Assembly: GCA_963825865.1 (NCBI GenBank)
Contig: CAWGVG010000014.1
Span: forward strand, 96,001 to 160,000
Reading direction: 5' to 3'
Origin: an uncultured Nitrososphaeraceae archaeon
GTDB taxonomy: Archaea > Thermoproteota > Nitrososphaeria > Nitrososphaerales > Nitrososphaeraceae
Length of the DNA: 64,000 nt
Shown here: piece after piece, positions 36,298 to 48,078 of the stretch
Layout: each line of letters opens with the position of its first letter
Numbering within the stretch: position 1 is the stretch's first letter
Notes under the pieces: model-generated
Told to the model about the DNA's origin: nothing
What the model saw: the letters and a program-made list of their open reading frames with translations, nothing else
The model's database searches: none
Translations under genes and position numbers: made by a program

Positions 36298-36531
36298 TTA
36301 CATCTTAGTTTTCTTCTTTAATAATAAATTCCGTATATAACAATCAACATTTTCCATCATTTTTGAGTTGCCCTCGATCAATGATTGTAGTTTTGGATTC
36401 GTATACTCAATATCTATATATTCGATAATATCTTTAGATATATAATATTTGTAATGAAATATAGCCCTGCTTCGTTCTCCTTTTACTTTGAAATCAAGCG
36501 CTACTTCTCCATATAAATCAGTTACTGGCAT
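36298..36531 (-). CDS. Hypothetical protein
   Basis: 77-aa ATG ORF with beta-rich composition. Confidence 0.5.
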   Translation of the reverse strand: MPVTDLYGEVALDFKVKGERSRAIFHYKYYISKDIIEYIDIEYTNPKLQSLIEGNSKMMENVDCYIRNLLLKKKTKM

Positions 36532-37850
36532 GCTATTAGTTCATTAGTCCTAAATATGTTAAGGATTTCATTAAAATAATATCCTTAATAATTGCAGTAA
36601 AATGAAATAGAATAATTCTGAATGTCGAAATCGTATTGACAGAAGAGGCTGTCAAAGACATGAATAGATAATTATTTAGAAAATCAAACTATTATACATC
36701 TGTCCAGATTATTTAAAAAAGTACAGGATAAAATTGGTGACTTTGGAAGAGTAGGCATTTTTATATCTACAGCATAGTAATGGAAATACGATTGACCTTG
36801 TTATTTTTGATGACAATCAGAAAGGCTATACAATGAGCTCCCTAAAACAGCATCATCCTTTGCAAAGTTATGTTATATATCGAACGATTCGATATTGCAA
36901 AGTTATGTTATCACGAAAGTTGAAAACATACACGGTAATAAGATCAATATCAACATTGAAGGTGAACATCGAGGAATTGAACCACAAGATACTCTTTTCA
37001 AGACTAAAAGAGAATAAATTTCCCATGTATACACAATAACAACAATTATGAAAAGTGGTAAAATCTTGGTTAGGAATCTTCCTGTCATTGGAGTGAAAGA
37101 TTGGATTCTAATTTACGATGATGCCTTATTTGTCCTTGCAGTAAAAAATTCATATTAGAATTAGAAATTATTATCCGCTAACGATTCTAATAATATTAGA
37201 TAAAAATTTAGCCACTTGGGGTACAAACAATTCGATTGAACTGCTAGAGAATAATTTCATATTTAAATTCGTTATTAATATCTACCACAAGATAGATATG
37301 TATATAAATGTATATACACTACTCCTACAGAATCCTAACCAACATTATGTAAACATTACTGCATGGCAGCAAACAAACAATATAATAATTAATTTAAAAT
37401 GCCTGGCCAAGTGCAGGTTTACCCACATCTTAGTCAGGCAATTTTGTTCCCCATCGGTTTGGTCGATGTATATTTACTTTGTATTAATTCTAATTTAAAT
37501 GTGATGATCAGACAGGAACTAGTACCATTATCAAAATTCCTTCACAAGTATATGAAGAAATGCCAAACACTTGATTACAGAAGATGAAAGACACAGGTTA
37601 AAAAATAATATTTTGAAAATTTCGAAAAGCCATTTCACAATCAGCTAGAAGATAAGTATGGTGCTCATTATCCTACTGGTATGACGATTATCAGTTTTGA
37701 TAGAGAAGAAGCATCACATGATGGATAAAAAACACTATATAGATTAAAAGGAGAATGAGTGAAATATACATCCCTGCAGCCACCAGCAGCACTAGTGATA
37801 ATGAGTGTAATACCGCCATTGATAAATAATAGAAATGGTAAGATTCGGTA

Positions 37851-38273
37851 TTGATAAAGTCAGATACACATTCGGATGACGAATTGAGGAAAATATATGA
37901 TTTAAAAGATATAGCTGTTGTAGGAATGTCAAAAAATGTGGAAAAGGCTGCACATTACGTTCCCAAATATCTTATTGAGAAGGGATATAATGTTATTCCT
38001 GTAAATCCTACAACTAGCGAAATTCTTGGAAGAAAATCATACAGCTCCATTAGTGAGGTGCCAGAAAATATAGACATTATTGACGTGTTCAGAAGGTCAG
38101 AAGATGTACCAAATGTGATAGTAGATGCAATGAAAAAAAAGGGAATCAAATATATCTGGATGCAGGAAGGCATTTACAATGAAGAAGCAGAAAGTAAAGC
38201 AAAGGAAAATGGTTTCGATGTTATATATAATAGATGTATGATGGCAGAACATAGGCGGCTGTTCGGCAGATAA
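37851..38273 (+). CDS. CoA-binding protein (YccU-like)
   Basis: IAVVGMS, GYNVIPVNP, IDVFRRS, IWMQEG, NRCMM.EH. Confidence 0.92.
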   Translation: MIKSDTHSDDELRKIYDLKDIAVVGMSKNVEKAAHYVPKYLIEKGYNVIPVNPTTSEILGRKSYSSISEVPENIDIIDVFRRSEDVPNVIVDAMKKKGIKYIWMQEGIYNEEAESKAKENGFDVIYNRCMMAEHRRLFGR

Positions 38274-38773
38274 ATCTGTCTATATCTAAATGTATAGATA
38301 TGAAATAGAAGTTTTGATTAAAAAAAGTAATAGTTGTTAAATTTAGTGAGCTTAATAAAAAATAATAGTCAGACTGCATAGATCACAATAACCAAAGACT
38401 TAATGCAATCCTAGATAACCTTCCAATCGCAGTAAATATATATATAGATGGGATGATGAACCTTATACTGACCCGATCCTTTAAGCCAACCTTTGTAAGC
38501 CTCTAGATATATTCACTGCGTTACGGGAATAAGTTGTTGTTTTGGGATAGGGAACTAACTTGTGGCAATTTTCATGCCTAAAATTACATCATAAATTAAT
38601 GCTTTGAGAAAAACATCTGTATTATTCTTTATTATTATTGTCCAATTATTATCATTTATGTAATCTGTTCTATTATCCATTCTTTAAATTTTGTAATTGC
38701 AAATTCTTCAGATTGTTTGATAAAACTAGGATCATTTGGCCTCTATTGATGAGGAATAGATATTTCAATCGTT

Positions 38774-38959
38774 ATGGCAAGAAATACACAGGTTATCATC
38801 AACGAACGCCGTCAGAAATTATGGATACTTTTAACCAGAGGTATGCGATCATATGATATTGCTCGTGAGTTAAAATGTGATCATTCTACAATCAGTCGAG
38901 ATATTGCTTATCTAACTTCACAATCTCATTGTTATAGTTATACACAAAGAAATGTATAA
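38774..38959 (+). pseudogene. HTH protein fragment
   Basis: ERRQKLW.LL.RGM..YDIARELKCDHSTISRDI. Confidence 0.6.
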
Positions 38960-39039
38960 GCATGATGAGAACAATGTTGAACAATGTTGAACAATGTTCT
39001 CATCATATTTATTTTGATCAATACATATCATATATGTTT

Positions 39040-39780
39040 ATGAGAAATATGTTTCGCAACATAGAACGTCGTTATGTTAGGGGCAATCTTACTATCATCT
39101 TTGCAACAACGATTCTTTTATTATTATCATCGTCATCGCTTTTAGCAGGGAATCTACAAATCCCAACAACATCATTGAAAAAGGCCGATGCTCAACAAAC
39201 GACTACGACTGGAGCACCATCTCCTACACCCGGTGAAGTAACCCCACCAGAAGGCGGAGACACCATCTCCTACTGGAGCACCATCTCCTACACCCGGTGA
39301 AACTCCAGCAGCTCCACCATCCGGTGAAACTCCAGCAGCTCCACCACCCGGTGAAACTCCAGCAGCTCCTACTGGAGCACCATCTCCTACACCCGGTGAA
39401 GTAACCCCACCAGAAGGCGCAGCACCATCTCCTACTGCAGCACCATCTCCTACTGGAGCACCATCTCCTACTGGAGCACATCTCCTACTGACACCATCTC
39501 CGACTGGAGCACCATCTCCTACTGGAGCACCATCTCCTACTGGAGCACCATCTCCTACTGGAGCACCATCTCCTACTGGAGCACCATCTCCTACTGGAGC
39601 ACCATCTCCGACTGGAGCACCATCTCCTACTGGAGCACCATCTCCTGACTGGAGCACCATCTCCTACTGGAGCACCATCTCCTACTGGAGCACCATCTCC
39701 TACTGCAGAGCACCATCTCCTACTCGGACACCATCTCCTACTGGACACCATCTCCTACACCCGGTGAAGTAGAAGAGCAG
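39040..39780 (+). CDS. Secreted mucin-like Thr/Gly/Ala/Pro/Ser repeat protein (frameshifted, end unclear)
   Basis: Signal-like IIFATTILLLLSSSSLL..ADA followed by (TGAPSP)n in shifting frames. Confidence 0.6.
39208..39770 (+). repeat. 18-bp minisatellite actggagcaccatctcct (TGAPSP) with interspersed 24-bp and longer units
   Basis: About 18 near-perfect tandem units at 39430-39760 plus higher-order repeats upstream. Confidence 0.95.
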
Positions 39781-40339
39781 AAATTGCTACTGAATTCCAA
39801 CATGAGTTAGATTATGACTCACAACCTCAAATACAGATTAAAGATAAGAATTCATATTTGTTACACAACATAACAGAAAGATACTTTGCAAAAGTAGAAA
39901 GTTACTTTAACATTATAAAACAAAGTCTGATCGCTGCAATACTGCCTGAAAATATAGGAGTTGAACAGTATGCAGATATTCGATATAAAATAAATGAATA
40001 CAGGTTGTTTATGCTCTTTTTTTATACTCTTCTAAAAAAATGGACAGAAGATATCAACATGAATATATTCATAGCGCTTATAGTTACTATCATGACGAAT
40101 ATGAAAGATTATACAATCCATACGCAGTGCCGATTAGACGACAACAACAAATCATTAAGAAGTTTTATCCCCAAATTATTAGATATATTTCTGTGCAGTA
40201 TTGCTATTTGTGGACAACCAATATGAATGCTGATTTGATTATAAGTTTATGTACTTTGGGCTTTATTTATTGATAATTATTTTTACTTCATTATAATTTT
40301 TTAGTTGGTAAGCATTTGTGATTGGATAATTTGGTTCTG

Positions 40340-41775
40340 GTCTTTTATGCTTCCAAGTGCTGTTATTAATGTCTGCAACTGAGATTCCATGCTGTTGAAA
40401 CGTTTTTCAATATCGTGTAGTTCGTCTTCTTTTTCCTTCTGAGATTCTAAAGCTTATTGATAGCCTTCAAAACTCATTATCATTTTACACTTGTTGCAGA
40501 ATTTGGCGTCCTGGGTATTTCCTTCATTGCAGTTAGGACATATCTTTGGATTTAGTGTATCAATTGGAATATTATCTTTAGTGACTATGCCATAAGCCTC
40601 AAGTAACGATTCAGAAGACTCATTTCCAAAGTAGTGAATGTATTTCTGTGCCATATTGCTATTCATCGACCAGCCTGCATGTTGGTTTAATGTATTTGTT
40701 TTTAGTTTGGTGGATTTTCAGTTAAGGCACGAATGCCGTCTAATATAGGGATTAAATGGCTTCGAATAGCAAGTTCTTGATCTTCTCTTTATCTTCATTT
40801 GATACTGTTGGCTCTTTTAATAACTTGGGAAAGAACTCTTCTTTGTAATATTTGTAAATTTGATATATACCATTGAGAGTAAGTTGTCTTCTTCCCATAC
40901 TACTGCGCCTACCTAAACCTACGAAAAGCGGAGAGTTTGGGTTATTTCTACTAGGGTGATTTGACAGCCAGTCTTTGATATAGGGTATAGATTGGATTAG
41001 TGGAATATGTCTACTACCTGTTTTACCATTAACTAGAACCTCTGCATATTGACTTATCTTGTCTACAGTTTTGAATATGATATCTTTTATTTTTAGATTT
41101 AATATTTCATGTGGGCGTGCTGACAAGTCTCTTGCCATTGTATGATAGCATCTATCACGTTTATTTGTAACCCACTTTAAGAAATAGTAAGTCATCTTCC
41201 TGGGACCAAAGGTCAGAAGGTTTGTAACAACTAATTTCTTTTCTTTTTAGCTTTGGAATATCCATTATGCATTCAGGTTTTCTTTCAGACTTGGATAATT
41301 CATTTCTTTTTTTAGGATTGAGCAGATATCAGAATAATATCAACCATTTGAAAGAATCTTATCAAGTACTATACGTTTTGTATTATAAGTTCCTATCCAT
41401 TTATGCAATGGATCATCATTGTCTGATTTTCTATTACTGTCTAAATATAGCAAAATATCATCTCTTGTCATATCTTCAAATTGTTTTTCTATACCAACAA
41501 ATCTTGAAAGTTCTGATAGAAATTGAATTGTGTATTTTGTGTAGCTAAGTCCTAGGATTAACCTCTCTTTTCATTGCTATAATATATTCAGATATCATCA
41601 ATGCATTTTCTTTAGATAGTCTATTCCTATCTCTTAGGACTAATTCGCAAAACTTGTTTGTTGTAATACCTTCAGTTGCTAAGGTAATCTTTCTATTTAA
41701 TATCTCTAAATCTTCTGTAGATTTGCTTGATAATGACGATGATGCTGATGATGATGATAATGAACGTTTGGACAT
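40340..41775 (-). pseudogene. Tyrosine recombinase/integrase with C-terminal zinc ribbon, multiply frameshifted
   Basis: RDRCY...SARPHEILNLKIKD, GKTGSR, PYIRRH.ALT, HAGWSMNSNMAQKYIHY, CPNC..NTQDAKFCNKC. Confidence 0.85.
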
Positions 41776-41864
41776 AGTATATTGTGTTTCTTTTTAGAGT
41801 ATTAGTTAACAATATTTTGTATGAACCAATATTATTAACCAATAAAGCACAGTAACAAATCACA

Positions 41865-42326
41865 ATGACAAAAATAAACTATGAAACAGAAATAAATGCA
41901 CCTGTCGGCAAAGTATTTGAATATTATACTAATCCAGATAATATTAAGGAGTCATGGCCTCAAGACATTGTGAAAGGATCTGAAAACGTATCTGGCCAAA
42001 AGAGTGAAGAAGGATCCGAAATGAAAGTAACAGGTGAATATATGGGAAAAGAAGAGGAAATGACATTAGAGGTAGTAAAAAAGGAACAGAATAGTAGATT
42101 AGTTACACAACAGACCCAAGGACCGTTTAAAAAGTGGGAAAGTATACAGGAATTTCAAGGCAGCAATGGCAAAACACATATCAGACATACGGTTGATTAT
42201 GAATTACCCACAACTGGAAAAATTGCAAATGTATTATCCGGCAGTCAAGCTGATAGCAAAATAAAACAGGGATTACAACAAGCAGCACAAACAGTCAAAC
42301 AGAGACTAGAATCAGGCTTATCTTAA
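41865..42326 (+). CDS. SRPBCC / polyketide cyclase family protein
   Basis: EINAPVGKVFEY.TNPDN..ESWP; C-terminal helix. Confidence 0.85.
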   Translation: MTKINYETEINAPVGKVFEYYTNPDNIKESWPQDIVKGSENVSGQKSEEGSEMKVTGEYMGKEEEMTLEVVKKEQNSRLVTQQTQGPFKKWESIQEFQGSNGKTHIRHTVDYELPTTGKIANVLSGSQADSKIKQGLQQAAQTVKQRLESGLS

Positions 42327-42345
42327 GCAAAAGTGAGAATAAAAA

Positions 42346-42685
42346 ATGTCTAATACCCATAACGTAGGCCATTTTGATATACCTGCAGATAACCTAGAAG
42401 TCTAAAGAATTTTTATTCTTCCTTGTTTGGATGGCAGTTTGAACAAGGAGAAACTAAAGGATACTGGATGATAAGAATGCAGGATAGTGGAGTTTAATGC
42501 AAAAAGAGAATCCACAGCAGATATCTACAATCTTTACAGAAGTAGAATCTATTGAAGATTATATAAGAAAATCAGAGCAAATGGGTGCTAAGGTAGTAAA
42601 GAGCAAAAATGAAATTCGTGAAGGATATTATGCTGTAATGGAAGATCCACAAGGAAATACATTTGGAATATGGGAGAGTAAATAG
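42346..42685 (+). CDS. VOC/glyoxalase family protein, frameshifted
   Basis: VGHFDIPADN, FYSSLFGWQF, EDPQGNTFGIWE. Confidence 0.8.
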
Positions 42686-42816
42686 CAAATTTATCTTCTT
42701 TAAGTCCCGTGCAAATACTATAATATTTTCTTTTTTTGCTTTGCTAGAATCATCGACTATAATGTTTATCAGAAATTCGAACCATAATAAAACAAAATAG
42801 GTGAAAATGAAAAGAT

Positions 42817-43155
42817 ATGTCCAATGTATCAAGCGATCGGAACTATACTGACAGCACGCAGTCAGGAGTTGGTGCAACATCGGAAAGAGTAGGAGACGCT
42901 ACAGGGGAACCATCTACAAATGAGCCAACTAATAGAGTCACAGCATCTAAAATGGCAAATCTACTGGAGGGTATACAATTCCCAGCAACCAAGGAAGATA
43001 TCAAAAACCATATAAATAGAAAGTCTCCAGCCATGGGAAATAGAATTAATGATGTGTTTGAAGCTGTTCAAAACAATCTTGAGGACGGAGTTAAATATAA
43101 CAGTACTTATGCCATAGAACTGGCAGCTGGATTAGTAGAGAAAAAGAATGAATAA
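42817..43155 (+). CDS. DUF2795 domain protein
   Basis: LLEGIQFPATKEDI...YNS. Confidence 0.7.
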   Translation: MSNVSSDRNYTDSTQSGVGATSERVGDATGEPSTNEPTNRVTASKMANLLEGIQFPATKEDIKNHINRKSPAMGNRINDVFEAVQNNLEDGVKYNSTYAIELAAGLVEKKNE

Positions 43156-43509
43156 CTTTAATTCATCTTTTAGTATATAGTGAATATTCGCTAATATGCA
43201 GTGGCTGTAGTCGTGAGCGATAATATTGCTTATTTTCCTACGTTCATTTTGATGCTCCCGGAATTTAATCTACCAATGGATCCGTTGATTATTAACTATA
43301 ATATATTTAAATTGGTAGATGATAGGAACACTGCAGTCTAAGATGAGTCTTTCTTAGTAACCCCAAACCGTAAAACTACAAGGTTTATACCATCCAATAC
43401 GCGAAGATATTCATTTACCTATTGATAGTATCATTAGTATATGTGGTGTGTAAGATTGTGGCCATCTAACAGCAAGAGGAACAAAAAGTTGATTGCACGA
43501 CCATCCCAT

Positions 43510-44154
43510 TTAAGTATGGCTCCTAGGCCGATCGTTTTGGGGATACGGGTATTCCATTTGCCTGGCCGTGGCCTGCCCAATCTCCTCCCCGAAAAAGTGG
43601 CTTACAATACGCAATGCTATGTCGATCCCAGCAGAAACACCTGCGGAGGTAAAGATCGGTTCCACCATAGTAAATAGAAGATCTTTACGTATTTTGGCCT
43701 TGGGTGCGGCCTCTCATAGGAAATCAAAGGCGCGCCAATGGGTAGTCGCTTCACGTCCATCCAACAATCCAGCTTTACCAAGGAGACTCGAACCGGTACA
43801 CACGGAGGCTGTCAACTTAGTCTTAGAGGCGGCTCGAGCCGCAATCCACTTCAAGAGAGTATCATTCTTTACTTCCTTACGCGTTCCCCAGCCACCGGGA
43901 ACCATCAGCAAATCAAGATCTGGACAGCTATCAAATGTCACGTCGGGTGTCAAGCGTAGGCCACCAATGGCCAGGACTTGACCGAGTTTTTCTGACACCA
44001 ATATCACTCTGAATGGTGATGGCTCTTCCCACCGGCGTTCTTCGTTCAAACAGGTTACGGAAAATACCTCAAAAGGTCCTGCAACGTCCAACACCTCAAC
44101 CGGATCAAAGATTAAAATTCCGACTATCAGCGGCAGATCGTTGTTAGGCTTCAA
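43510..44154 (-). pseudogene. DJ-1/PfpI (InhA/FtrA-like) family protein with an internal TGA at 43714
   Basis: EVLDVAGPFEVF, VPGG.G, SVCTGS, ATTHW; continues in frame as TSAGVSAGIDIAL...ARQMEY. Confidence 0.85.
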
Positions 44155-44387
44155 GGCAAAAACGAGCCACTATCTGCAGTGATTTATCTCTTTATTTCCA
44201 AATCTACATTTAACATAACGGACTCATATAACAATCAAGCAAGAATAATACACCACATTGCCATGCTGCCAGAAAAATAGCCCTGATGGTGCTCCATTAT
44301 ATCACTAGTGATTTGAGCACAAAAATGTTGATAAAATAGCCGTCAGGGATGGAGGGTCGGGCTAATATACTGCTATTTCTAAGATCT

Positions 44388-44813
44388 TCAAGTATCTGAA
44401 GGCATTATTTTGTTAATTTGATTTACCAAATCTTCATTTTCAATCGGCTTTGCGAGAAAATGCTCTTTGTCTATTTTGTCTCCTTTACAAAATGATTCTT
44501 TTCGAATTCCCTCATAATACATCTCACTTGCTGTTAAAAAACATACTTTTACTTTATTGTCTATCTCTTTCATTTTTTGATATAAATGAAAGCCATCCAT
44601 TTCTGGCATTTTTATATCTAATAACACCAAGTCATACAAGCCAGCTTTAAAGCTCTTCAGTGCTATAGTAGGATCTTCAAACGAATTGGCTTCAAATCCG
44701 TTATCTTCCAAAACCATCTTTAGCACTGTACAAAGATCAGGTTCATCATCTACTATTAAGACTCTCTTCTTATTATTATAATTATTAATCTTATAATTTT
44801 TTATTCTAGTCAT
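44388..44813 (-). CDS. Response regulator receiver
   Basis: LIVDDEPD, LLDIKMPEMDG, FLTA, KP. Confidence 0.92.
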   Translation of the reverse strand: MTRIKNYKINNYNNKKRVLIVDDEPDLCTVLKMVLEDNGFEANSFEDPTIALKSFKAGLYDLVLLDIKMPEMDGFHLYQKMKEIDNKVKVCFLTASEMYYEGIRKESFCKGDKIDKEHFLAKPIENEDLVNQINKIMPSDT

Positions 44814-44831
44814 GATTGATTTAGTACACCT

Positions 44832-45990
44832 TCACACTTGATTGTTATTGTGGGCGCTGTTTGTAATTGGCAAGGTAAAATAAAAAACAGATCCTTTCTT
44901 TACACCGTAAATATTATTTTCAGCCCATATCTTTCCACCATGGGCTTCTACAATATTTATAGAAATAAACAATCCTAATCCTGTTCCTTGAAAAGATTTA
45001 GTAGCAAACTTTGTAAATAGTTTAGGAAAAATTTCTGGATCTATTCCTTGACCTGTATCACTTACAGTAATAACAACAGCTTTTTGTATATCATCTTCTT
45101 CCTCATCCTTCTTTTGTACCTCTATAGATATTACCCCTCCCTCTTTCTTGGTGAATTTAATGGCATTATTTAATAGATTAGAAACAACCTGAGTAATTCT
45201 TTGCCTATCTGCGTCTACTATTATTACATCTTCATTGTTAATAGATTCAAACATTAATTTTATATTTATATTATCTTTTGTAATTTGATTATTAAATTGT
45301 CTCACTGTATTGGATATTACATCAATAACATTGAATTGTTCTTTATTTAATTTAAGTGAATGGCTCTCTATTTGTGTGATATCTAAAATATCTGATGAAA
45401 GACGTTTTAACCTTTCTGCACTCCTAGCAATCATATCTAATGAATTATCTAGCTCCTGTCCTTTGATGTTTTCCCTTTCGTGAACGAATAATTCCAACCG
45501 TACTAAGTATTGGTTGTATGGGAGTTCGCAGTTCATGAGCTGCTACATTAATAAACTCTTTCTGCATCTTGTCATGTACTTTAAGCTGTTCATTGGCTAA
45601 TTCAAGTTGCATGTTTGCTTCTTTTACTTGTTCATATAATTCAGCTTGTCTCCAAAGGCTCTCAAAAATAGAAACATAAGATAAAACTCCTGGTCTGCTA
45701 TTAGAATAGGTTGATAAACCTATTGCTTCGAAGAAAGTTGTTTTTGAATCATCCTTCAATTCCATCACTAAAGACGTTTTTCTATCTACTACTAAGATAG
45801 TAGCTTTAGTACCTGAAGATTCCTCAATATATCTAATGTCGATATTGCCACTATGATACTGATTCTTTCTCATTTTCAGCTGTTTTACTGAATGTTCAGT
45901 CACATTATGCGCAGGCATCAAAATTCTAACTACCAATGATAATTCCAAAATCCAACTTTTCCATAAACATTGTATATAAGCGGAGACCAA
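44832..45990 (-). pseudogene. Histidine kinase, N-terminally truncated and frameshifted near 45470
   Basis: EFINVAAHELRTP in one frame; NLLNNAIKF, DTGQGI, GTGLGLF in the next. Confidence 0.85.
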
Positions 45991-46161
45991 GATATTTGCA
46001 ATGAATCAAGAATCTGTGTTTGTGATTCTAAATAGTTTTCCTTATTTATTAGAATCTGAAATTGGTTCATACTTGAACGCTTGTTCGGGTAATCTGATAC
46101 AGAGAATAGGTCTCCAAACCAAAAGTTTATCAGACTAAAAACACTATACAACTCGTAAAAA

Positions 46162-46761
46162 TTGCTTGATAATAAAAAAGGAGAGCATGAAATGGTTTTA
46201 AATAAAAAAGTGGTATATGGCATAATAATAATTGTAGTTGTTGGATTTGCGGCTGTTTGGTTTGGTTTTAAGTTTGTTTTTGGTCTTTATAACCCGTTTT
46301 ATGTCGTTGCAAGTGGAAGCATGATACCAAATCTCAATGTTGGAGATTTGGTAATTGTCAGAAATAACACCATCAGTAGTAGTATAAATGACAATAACAA
46401 TAACAATAACAACCCCTATTCATTTAATAACCTAAAGGTCGGTGACATCATAATTTTCAAATCACCTGGCACAGATAATAATGGAGAACACCTAACCATT
46501 GTACATAGAATCGCAAAGATCGCAATAGATAAAAGAGATGGAGGTAGCAGAGTTATAAGAACAAAAGGTGATGCCAATCCCAGTTCAATTCCATTTCTTG
46601 ACTATCCTTTAAGAGAAGCAAATTACATTGGCAAAGTGGTATATGTTATTCCCAAAGTGGGATTGATAACTCAACTGATTAGACCACCGATAAACTACAT
46701 CATTATTGGATTTACAGTAATCGGCATGGTCTACTATCTCAGAAAAGCAACAAAAGGCTAA
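46162..46761 (+). CDS. Signal peptidase I (S26, Sec11-type)
   Basis: VASGSMIPNL.VGD, IVHRI, TKGDAN. Confidence 0.9.
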   Translation: MLDNKKGEHEMVLNKKVVYGIIIIVVVGFAAVWFGFKFVFGLYNPFYVVASGSMIPNLNVGDLVIVRNNTISSSINDNNNNNNNPYSFNNLKVGDIIIFKSPGTDNNGEHLTIVHRIAKIAIDKRDGGSRVIRTKGDANPSSIPFLDYPLREANYIGKVVYVIPKVGLITQLIRPPINYIIIGFTVIGMVYYLRKATKG

Positions 46762-47659
46762 AACGAAAAAGGTACTGCAGTAGAGGTTTGGACTTTAGTA
46801 GATGCTAAAAACAGAGTGGAAAAAGGAACGGCTATTGTTATTGATCAATTAAACGTAATACCAGATTATCGGCCATTGGTTTGACCTAAAATCTAACAAA
46901 ACCAGGATTATTTGCCTCAAGTAAATATGCAATAATTAGCTTGGACCAAGGTTCACATTTGGCTTTCCGAAATCATTCAGATGATGATTGTGAAAATGCT
47001 TTTGGGAAGTTACGAATCACAAATCTTTGGGTATGTGATAAATAATTAAAATGCTTACTAAAATAAATTGTCATAGTTCAGAATTTTTTAATCTGCTGTT
47101 CAACAATATTAAGGCTCAAAAGGAACGCTAGCGAAGATAGTATCTTCAAAGACCTAGCAGTTAATACAGCGGTGCGGTAGTACTTGTAGCTGAAGTACTA
47201 TACAAATACAAAGAAAGCTTTGCAGACAGAATAATAGACAATTACACGGAAATGATTGATGAGCTTTAAAATTCATTTTATAAAATGGACTATCACATAA
47301 TTAAAAAGGTTTTTTTAAAGTAAAGGAAATTGCCTAATATAAAGGGGTTACAAAAGATACATAACATCCTAGTGCATTATTGTATAAATTGTATGTCTTT
47401 GTTTACATAACAACAATAATAATAAGCAAAAGGATGGAATCAGACCCAAGTTTAACCCATTGTTATATCATTTCAATATATGGCTTGTAGATAAACGGGT
47501 CTATAAAACGGAAAAATAGGAGAATTAAATATGATCATCAACACAATACAACATCAATTTTTAATCGAAATTCTGCTGGTTTTGTGAAACCATATCCTAT
47601 TAATAGAGTAATAGTATTATAAATGTTACTAGTAATATATATCATACTTATTTTTCTTT

Positions 47660-47890
47660 AGCATGCAGAGACATCATTGGTTTAAAAACACATGATGCTT
47701 TGAATGCAATTAGCAGCTGGTTGGATAAATGTAGGCAATTAAAGCGAATAGGTTCAAACTGGCAATAACAAAATATATGTTAAAAGAGTTCAATTAGAAA
47801 TGGCCGTAGACCTCTAAAGTTTGATGCATTGAAGCTGAAAAATAAGGTACTATATGATTTGTTAAATGATAAAAAAATTGAAGTATTAAG
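47660..47890 (+). pseudogene. PriX-like primase subunit C-terminal remnant
   Basis: ALNAISSWLDKCRQLKR...SIRNGRRPLKFDALKLKNKVLYDLL. Confidence 0.5.
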
Positions 47891-48078
47891 AGTAAATAAG
47901 TGAGCACAACAAGGATAAATTACAACCCAAACTGATGGCTCTTAAAAAAATAGATGATCTAAATTATGCAATCAGGAATGGCTCATACAAAGTTAATTAT
48001 ACTGAACTTGGTTCGGCTTGCTCATAGGCCTATCATAGACTTGGAATGTGTATAAACTACAGGCACACACTTTGTCCA

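Noticed and set aside
39172-39751. Minus-strand ORFs (GDGAPV)n and (SSRRWC)n
   Set aside because: Antisense shadows of the TGAPSP repeat; the signal peptide is on the plus strand
39208-39770. CRISPR array
   Set aside because: Units are contiguous 18-mers with no unique spacers, codon-phased, and there are no cas genes
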